Positions 56,426-64,000 of a stretch of 64,000 nucleotides of DNA are shown one piece after another. The notes below the pieces were generated by a model. It was not told the DNA's origin. It worked only from the letters and a program-made list of their open reading frames with translations, and searched no databases. Source of the stretch: Eledone cirrhosa (lineage: Eukaryota). Location of the stretch: positions 372,001 to 436,000 of the forward strand of contig OZ024740.1 of the NCBI GenBank assembly GCA_964016885.1. The letters are read 5' to 3'. The stretch's first letter is position 1. The number at the start of each line of letters is the position of its first letter. The translations under genes and the position numbers were made by a program.

Positions 56426-56440
56426 TTAAACATTAGTTTT

Positions 56441-56590
56441 AGTCAATATCTATCATAAGACATCAGTCTTAAGTCAATATCTGTCATAAGACATCAGTCT
56501 TAAGTCAATATCTCATATGATGTCAGTCATAGTCAATATCTGTCATAACACATCAGTCTCATGTCACATGATGTCAGTCTTAAGTCAGTG
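56441..56590. repeat. Minisatellite of about 31 bp (agtcaatatctgtcataagacatcagtctta)
   Basis: Directly visible, about 4-5 copies. Confidence 0.85.
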
Positions 56591-57090
56591 TTCAACTATT
56601 GTTAGATATTACTCTACATAACCAACACCAACATTTATATTATACCACTACACCCCTACACTAAACACTGCTATTATATTCAGACACCCCCAAAAAATTA
56701 TTTTATTTTAAATCCCTTCTATATATGTATATATTTATATATATATATATATAAATTAGCACTGGGGAAAGGCATCCAGCTGTAAAACCTGCCATAATCT
56801 GGAACATGTAAATAAATCATCTCCTGACCTGACCAACCCATGCTAGTATGGAAAACACATAAAATAGTATATTAAATGAAAGTCAATTATTCTGATAGTA
56901 TATAACTTACTTTTTTTTCTTGATATTTAATTGAAAACTACGATATATTTTTTTTACTTAATTATATTAACCAATTTAAATAGTCATTAAGAAATTTACT
57001 GAAAATTAATTCCTATTTAACATTATTTCCTAAATCGTTTTTCCCATTTTCCCACACCCATTTTAGATTCTTTGCCTAGCATTCTTCATT

Positions 57091-57131
<41 letters not shown>

Positions 57132-57479
57132 TTCTATAAATCTCTCTTCTCCCCTCTCCCTCTTTCTCTTCAATCTCTTTCCTCCTCCCCCTCTCTCTCT
57201 CCATTTCCTCAATCTCTTTCCTTTCTCTCTTTCCTCCCTCTCTCTCTCTCCCCTCAATTTCCTCTTTCTCTTCTTAATATTCTCTCCTGCTAGATTTATA
57301 CCCCCTCCCTTCCTTAACGCAGTAGTGATAGTATTATAGTAAACTAATGATTACTTAAAATACCGTGGGGAGGAGGGACTTGCTTTAACAATGAAAATAA
57401 ATTTCACAAGTACTTTTTATGATACAAGTGACTTGTGACATCTTCCAGACAGATGATAGTATCACCATTGAAGTAGGCC

Positions 57480-58105
57480 TCTCCTTGCTTTCTCCTTTAC
57501 CCTCAATCTCTCTCCACTCTCACTTCCCCATCAGTCTCTCTCCTATCTTTCTCTCCTCGCTTTCTCCTTCACCCTCAATCTCTCTCCACTCTCTCTTCCC
57601 CATCAGTCTCTCTCCTATCTTTCTCTCCTCTCTTTCTCCTTTACCCTCAATCTCTCTCAACTCTCACTTCCCCATCAGTCTCTCTCCTATCTTTCTCTCC
57701 TCGCTTTCTCCTTCACCCTCAATCTCTCTCCACTCTCTCTTCCCCATCAGTCTCTCTCCTATCTTTCTCTCCTCTCTTTCTCCTTTACCCTCAATCTCTC
57801 TCCTATCTTTCTCCTCGCTTTCTCCTTCACCCTCAATCTCTCTCCACTCTCTCTTCCCCATCAGTCTCTCTCCTATCTTTCTCTCCTCGCTTTCTCCTTC
57901 ACCCTCAATCTCTCTACTCTCTCTCCTCCCCATCTGTCTCTCTCCTATCTTTCTCTCCTCTCTTTTTCCTTTACCCTCAATCTCTCCTCCACTCTCTTCT
58001 CCATCAGTCTCTCTCCTATCTTTCTCTCCTCGCTTTCTCCTTTACCCTCAATATCTCTCTCTTTCCCCAATCTCTCCCTTTTTCCCCAGTTTCTCTCCTC
58101 TTTCT
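57480..58105. repeat. Polypyrimidine minisatellite (unit about 69 bp)
   Basis: Repeated ccctcaatctctctccactctctcttccccatcagtctctctcctatctttctctcctcgctttctccttca. Confidence 0.93.
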
Positions 58106-59016
58106 CCACAATGACATTTTATGCTACAAGTGACTTCTGACATCTTCCAGACAGATAATAGTATTGTTCCTATTTCACCATTGAAGCCCTCCTCCCTAAC
58201 CTACCTGTGGTTAATCTTGACAAGTCCTAAAATTAAATACTCGGGTTCCCTCCCAGTTGATTTGTGAAGCTGCAGGAGCTTTTGTGTTTTCTATTTATTT
58301 ATTTTTTTGTTTCTGGTTTTGTTTTTTGCTATTCTTTTTTTTTTATTGTTGTTTTGTTTTTTTCTTTTCAAGGTCTTGGGCTATTTATTCTAGAAAGTTA
58401 TGCAGTTTGTTGTGGCCAGGGGTAAAATTATCCTAATATTAGCTGACAACCAGTTTGCTTTTGGTGATATTGGTCTTACAAAGGACACTGTGTTTGAACT
58501 AGATAGGCATTATTAGCAGGGTAAATAGAAAAGTAGATTAAATAGCAGGTTTTATTTATTTTACTATTATTATTATTTTTTTTTTTTGTCTTTCCAACAT
58601 AGCAACAGAAGAGTGAAAAAAAAAAAAAATCAATATTTTAGAAGATTATGTTTTACCAATGAAGGCTAGTCAATTTAAAGCCTTTCTATCGACTTGCCAA
58701 CTTTATTACAACTGTGTATAGTTTAAGCTTGTGTATTATCTTCTCCTGTATCATTTTTTAGTATTTTTTTTTTATCTATTTAAAAAAAAGCAATCGGTAT
58801 ACTATGGCATAGGGATCATAATTTGCCTGCTCGTTAATAATAGTCATGGCACTGTGGAAATACTAATTAATTTGAGGTTAAAATCAAACTGAGAAACCAG
58901 CAGAAGTTTTTCTACAGTTGCACTATTACTGTGGGGGTGGGGTGTCTGTGTACACCAGTTTTTAGCATAGGTACACTGTATCCCTATATGTCATAGGAGG
59001 GAACTAAAGGGGTTAG

Positions 59017-59330
59017 CATCATCATGATCGTCATCTTTATGTCCGCTTTTCCATACTTGTCGCGTTCCTTCGTTATTTCCTCTGCTAGTCTTAACAATTT
59101 GAGGTCAGCTCTCACAACCTCTGTCTAGCACTTTCTTTATCCATCCTCTACTGCGACTTCCTGCCACTGGGATTGCCAGGCATTTCACCCATCGGTCATT
59201 GTCCATGCACATCACATGTCCATACCAATACAGTCTTCTCTCTTGCACACCATCTCGGATTCCCCTTAAACCCAGCTTCTCATTCAGCTTATCCAAGCTT
59301 TTAACCTTTCTCTTGCATTTACATTGCATG
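59017..59330 (-). mobile_element. Old RTE 3' relic
   Basis: ORF 59105-59335 encodes VQERRLYWYGHVM. Confidence 0.75.
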
Positions 59331-60182
59331 GCCATAAAATACTACTTCAAAAAAGGGCCATCTAATCTATGGCAGCATGGAAAATGATTATTTGTTGTTG
59401 CTTAAACTACACACACATGCACTCGCGCACATTTCCAGTCAACCTGGTTCCCATTTTAAGATGGCAGGACCTTATTTCATGCTTTACCTATAGTCATGTA
59501 TCTTGTGTAATGAGTGAAAGATATGATCGAAAATACAAATGGCCAAAATTGGGTCCTTCTGAAGAACCCTTGGCCTAACATTACCCAATAGGGTGCATAG
59601 CTCCAGGTAGAGTTATAGTCTTTTTCTCTGAATCAAGAGATAACAGCTCTAATACTGTTTAAGGAAAGACTCACTGGACAGATTTTTACAGGCAGAAGAC
59701 CTTGAACAAAATGGTTGGATAACATCCACGAGTTCAGCTGATCTTGCTTGGGGATCCAGCCAGATCAATTGGAGATGGTTGCGTCTCACAGGACACCCTG
59801 GAAGGTTTGTCTGAGGAAAAATTAAAGGAGAGGGAGATGTTAATTGGAAAATATTTGGTTGCTATTTCTAACAGGTAGAGCATTCTGTTAGATAAGAAAC
59901 TGAAGCTTACAAATCATTTCAGCTTGCATTGGTTTCATCTCTTATCCATCATACATACTGCTTCTGTGCTGAGTTCATTTAATGGCTACCATTCAGTTTG
60001 TAAATTTAATTTGTTGTTTAGTTGAACACCACCACCACTACTTGGCCCTTACAAGCATTCAAGTGGGAGGGCACGGAGCAAATTTTTGATTTGAGTATAC
60101 TTTCCTCGCATTGTTTTGGAGGCCCTGAAGAGTGTCATTGACACTGCTCTTCTTCTGGCTAAGAAATATATATATATATATA

Positions 60183-63100
60183 TCTTACCAATCTCTTACA
60201 CAAAACCACAGCCTTGGCTATCACTCCTTAAGTTTAGACCTAGTTGCTTTTCGATATGCTGGATGGACTATAGATTTCTGGAGAGTCTGAAAAATCTGGA
60301 CACTCAATGACAATGTCAAAGATAAAGATAAATTCACCTCATGTTGCCGGACGAGAAGGCAAGGACTCCTCTTTATTTCGGCCGCGGATGGCTAACATAA
60401 CCCCATCTCCCTCACCCCTCCCTGCGCCTCATCCTTTCCACCCACCAAACGCAATCCAAAACTTCAGAGTTGGTACCATGAATGTAGGCACTTTGAAAGG
60501 TCACTCTAACGAGGTTGTAGAGATACTTGAACGAAAGGAAGTTGATGTTTGCTGTGTTCAAGAGACCAGGTGGTGGGGTGGGTCTGCTAGTTTCATTGTG
60601 GGTAAAAAACGATGCTATAAACTTTTCTGGGTGGGAAATGACAAATGGCTGGGTGGAGTAGGAATCATGTTAGCAAAAAAATGGGTAGATAAGATAATTG
60701 ACGTAAATACAGTGAACGACAGAATAATTAAAATAAGACTTGTCCTAAATAGAACTACTGTGACAATAATATCCGCATATGCACCCCAATCTGGACTGCC
60801 TGGCATTATAAAAGACAATTCTATGAGTCGCTAATGCTCACTACCTCCCAAATAACCGACAGTGACTACATAATTATTGCTGGCGACCTAAATGGTCATG
60901 TTGGACAACATTGTGACGGCTGTGACGGAATCCATGGAGGCTATGGGTTTGGTACTAGAAATGAGGAAGGCTCCAGAATCCTGGAATTCTGTGACGCAAA
61001 TAACCTAACTATCTGTAACACTAACTTCATAAAACGAGACAATCACTTGATCACCTATAGATCAGGGGAACACACCAGCCAGGTAGATTATATCCTTGCC
61101 AGAAGACGTGACAGAGTGTCTGTTGTAAACACTAAATCCCTCCCCCATGAAGAATGCACCTATCAACATAGCCTCATAGTTAGCGACCTCATAGTCAGGA
61201 CGAGACGTACTCGACAACAGAGGAGGACTACCCTAAGGAGAAGAATATTGAAGTTAAAGGACCCCACAGCCAGTAACAAATTTAAAAGCATATTACTTGA
61301 TACCTTTGACAGTAAGGAAGAGCAATTAGAGACGTACAATATAGAGGAACAGTGGGAATTCCTGAAAGTTAACCTGCTGAAGGCGACAGATGAAATCTAT
61401 GGCTGGAGCAGACCTATAGGCAGGAGGAGAGTAACTTAGTGGTGGAACAGTAAGGTGGAGGAGTCAATCAAGGCCAAAAAGCAGGCTTGGAAAGTATGGC
61501 GGTATGGGGGAAGTAGAGAACACTATCAAGTGGCCAGGAGGGAAGCTAGGAGACAAGTGTGCTTCGCAAGAAGGGAAGCAGAGGAAAGAAAGTTCAAGCA
61601 TGTTCTACAACGCGAGGTGTTCAGCATTGCTAGGCAATGTGTCAAGGAAAACCGTGATATTGTCGGGGAGAAGTGTGTCCGTAAAGATGATGGTGTACTT
61701 GCCATCACTGACGCTGATAAGAAGGTAGCTTGGTAGTATCAGTACAAGGGGCTACTAAATGAGGAGAATAAATGGGACAAAGATAGTCTGCCCCACATCG
61801 AATCAATAGAGGGACCAGCAGTGCAAGTAGAAGGTAGTATAATAAGTAAGGCAATCAAAGATATGAAGACAGGCAAGGCAGCTGGGCCTTCAGAGATAGT
61901 TGCTGAGATGTTGAAAGCATCTGGAACGGTGGGACACACTAAGGTCACCCAGATAGTAAACCAAGTCATACAGAACGGGGTCATCATTAACTGCTACTAG
62001 AGTAAAGGAGATGCACTATATAGAGGAAACTATAGAGGCATTAAATTAATTGACCAGGTCATGAAGGTCACGGAGAGCAAATTGATCTAGACGAAATGTA
62101 GTTTGGGTTTGTGTCAGGTAAAAGAACCACAGACGCCCTTTTCCTTGTACGACAACTACAGGAGAAGTACCTAGCTAAAAGTAAACCCCTATACTTAGCT
62201 TTTGTTGACTTGGAAAAAGCCTTTGACAGTGTCCCCCACTCCATTATCTGGTGGGCTCTCAGAAAACTAGGTGTTGATGAATGGCTTGTGAGAGCTATAC
62301 AAGCCATGTATAAAGAAACAGTCAGCAAGGTTAGAATTAACAACAAATATAGTGAAGAGCTTAGCGTAAAAGTTGGTGTTCATCAGGGCTCTGTCCTCCC
62401 CCCCCCCCTCCTATTTATTATTGCCCTTCAGGCTATAACAGAGGAGTTTAAGACCGCCTGCCCATGGGAACTCCTATATGCAGATGATCTAACGTTCATA
62501 GCTGAATCAATGGCTGAACTAGAGAAGAAATTCCAAGCATGGAAGCATGGCCTAGAATCAAAAGGCCTTAAAATTAACTTGTTTAAGACTAAAGTTCTAG
62601 TATGTAGGAAGGAAAATAGGGCACCGGTCCCATCTGGGAAATAGCCATGCTCAGTGTGTAGGAAAGGAGTAGGCAGAAATTCCATTTTATGTCCCAAATG
62701 CAAAGTATGGGTGCATAAAAGATGTAGTGGGATCACAGGTAAGCTATCTAAGAACGTAGATTTTATATGTGGCCGGTGCTCAGGTGCAATAAGTAGCAAG
62801 TGCCCACAGGATACTAGCTCCTTCTATTGCCCAGATGGTACTATAGAAATAGTGGACACCTTCCGTTACCTGGGTGACAAAATCAGCAGTGGGGGAGGGA
62901 GCTCTGAAAGTACAGTAGCCAGAGTCAGAATGGTTGGAAAAAGTTCAGGGAGCTTATACCACTATTGGCCGCTAAAGGGTTGTCTCTAAAAATGAAAGGC
63001 AGGCTGTATGATGCCTGCATACGAACTGCAATGTTACATGGCAGTGAGACCTGGCCATTGTGTGCAGAGGACCTGCGCAGACTGGAGAGGAACGAAGCAT

Positions 63101-63822
63101 GCATGCTCCGCTGGATGTGTAATAGTAATATACGTGAACAGCAAAGCATAAATGAACTAAGTGAGAAACTAGGTATAAAAGGGATCAGATGCTGTTTACT
63201 CAAGAGAAGACTACGTTGGTATGGCCACGTGATGCGCATGAAAGACGTGGCCATACCAATGTATAAAAAAGTGCAGGGCGATCAAAATTGACGGAAGTTA
63301 CGTAGTAGACAGACCCAGAAAAACCTGGGACGATTTGATAAATTCCGACCTTACACACTTACACCTCTCCAAGATAATGTCACTGGACCGAGATCTTGAC
63401 GATATGCAGTAATACAGAAAACCCGCCTTGCCTAAGTACAAAGCGAAACCTACAGTCAGTAGGTACCTCTTAATCAAATATACACACCCCTCCTACTACC
63501 CCAACTCCCCCACCCCCCCATCAACACCACCTCTTTCTCTGTAAAGTTATGTTGGTACCACAACATCCAGTCCTAAATAAATGAGATTGTGTAGGTGTCA
63601 CGACAAAAACACACAGTCCACGCTGTAATGTGGTCATGTAGGTAACACGGTAAAAACCTCCCAGTCCACACTGTAAACGTGGTTGGTGTTAGGAAGGGCA
63701 TCCAGCCGTAGAAAACCTGCCAGACAGTCCTATACGAGCGAGACGACCAATCTTGCCTCAAGTGGGACAATTCCCATCTAAACCCATGCTAGCGTGGAAG
63801 ATAGACGTTAAATGATGATGAT
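60183..63822 (+). mobile_element. RTE family B, approximately full-length degenerate copy
   Basis: Short 5' UTR; APE ORFs 60307-61439; RT 62111-62644; PHD 62640-62780; C-terminus; 3' UTR and ATG tail; short (TA)n at both ends. Confidence 0.94.
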
Positions 63823-64000
63823 ATATATATATGCAATGAAACATCAGTTCCCAATGCCTCTCATGACAAACAATTTTTCCAAACATAAAACATCTTGGTT
63901 TATGAACGGTGTCTTGAGTAACAAGCTAGCTACAACAGTTGACAACAAGCTTGGAGTATCGGCGGGAGAGCATAACTGCTGTGTGATATCTATTTTTCTT

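Noticed and set aside
57419-58114. 231-aa Ser/Leu/Pro-rich ORF
   Set aside because: Translation of a C/T minisatellite.
58352-58526. Possible host exon between a polypyrimidine acceptor and a GTAAAT donor
   Set aside because: Stops in all three frames and no recognisable homology.

Overview
AT-rich, repeat-dominated eukaryotic window, probably intronic or intergenic. The SINE/LINE repertoire suggests a coleoid cephalopod such as an octopus (inference). No intact host gene can be supported; the YI/IY ORFs are translated (TA)n arrays. The window contains: (1) a young RTE-clade LINE family A with one intact 1039-aa APE-RT ORF (36584-39703, minus) and three near-identical damaged copies, a sister family B, and older relics; (2) a tRNA/CORE-type SINE sharing that LINE's 3' end; (3) very large (TA)n arrays holding most of these insertions; (4) non-autonomous Helitrons, Tc1/mariner, hAT and piggyBac MITEs, and a CRE-type RLE relic. 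Two observations stand out. First, the RTE polyprotein carries a C4HC3 PHD-like finger between RT motifs 6 and 7. Second, several unrelated small non-coding elements in the TA arrays contain type-I hammerhead ribozyme folds with direct and fold-back repeats, resembling Penelope pLTRs or retrozymes. All folds and alignments were done by eye.
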